DNA of 63,840 nt, counting the filler, from Phoronis australis (taxonomy: Eukaryota; Animalia; Phoronida), in assembly GCA_002633005.1 (NCBI GenBank). It is 6 parts of 6 records of this genome, joined end to end, with 100 filler letters (N's around TTAATTAATTAA, not from the genome) between each part and the next. Parts side by side here need not be neighbours in the genome. Positions count along the whole stretch, not along the records: positions 62,288 to 63,840 come from NMRA01001915.1; 5 more parts are not named here. The stretch is one strand, 5' to 3'. Below are positions 63,726-63,840 of the stretch, piece after piece. Every line of letters starts with the position of its first letter. The first letter of the stretch is position 1. Below the pieces are notes generated by a model that searched no databases, had not been told where the DNA came from, and saw only the letters and a program-made list of their open reading frames with translations. Made by a program: the position numbers and the translations under genes.

Positions 63726-63840
63726 CTGAAAAGGGAGCAAAATATCAATGCATAAGGAAAATAGGGCCATGCTTATAGAATCTTGCTTTTTTGAACTAGA
63801 ATTGAGTGTAATGCAAATTCACGTCACTTTAATCCATTAG

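Overview
This is intron-rich animal DNA, probably from a marine invertebrate (taxon inferred only), not prokaryotic sequence. The window is six unlinked scaffolds joined by artificial 100-bp spacers (44 N + TTAATTAATTAA + 44 N), so gene neighbourhoods across spacers mean nothing. Splicing exons by hand, with GT-AG sites and phases checked, gives six minus-strand genes. (1) The 5' part of a secreted signal peptide-TSP1-VWD protein. (2) A complete 3-exon TMEM26 of about 352 aa. (3) The N-terminus of a TTK/Mps1-like kinase, with probable 5'UTR exons and promoter. (4) Eight exons of a divergent dynein heavy chain, one with a four-fold in-frame tandem duplication of its splice acceptor. (5) A Tie/TEK-like ectodomain with an unexpected kringle exon between Ig1 and Ig2. 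(6) Two pecanex exons. The rest is mostly non-autonomous DNA transposons (Harbinger-, Kolobok-, pogo/Tc- and hAT-like, Helentron-associated), tRNA-derived SINE heads, LINE remnants, palindromes and mini/microsatellites. I found no convincing multi-gene novel system. The best leads are the dynein splice-acceptor array and the kringle-containing Tie-like receptor.
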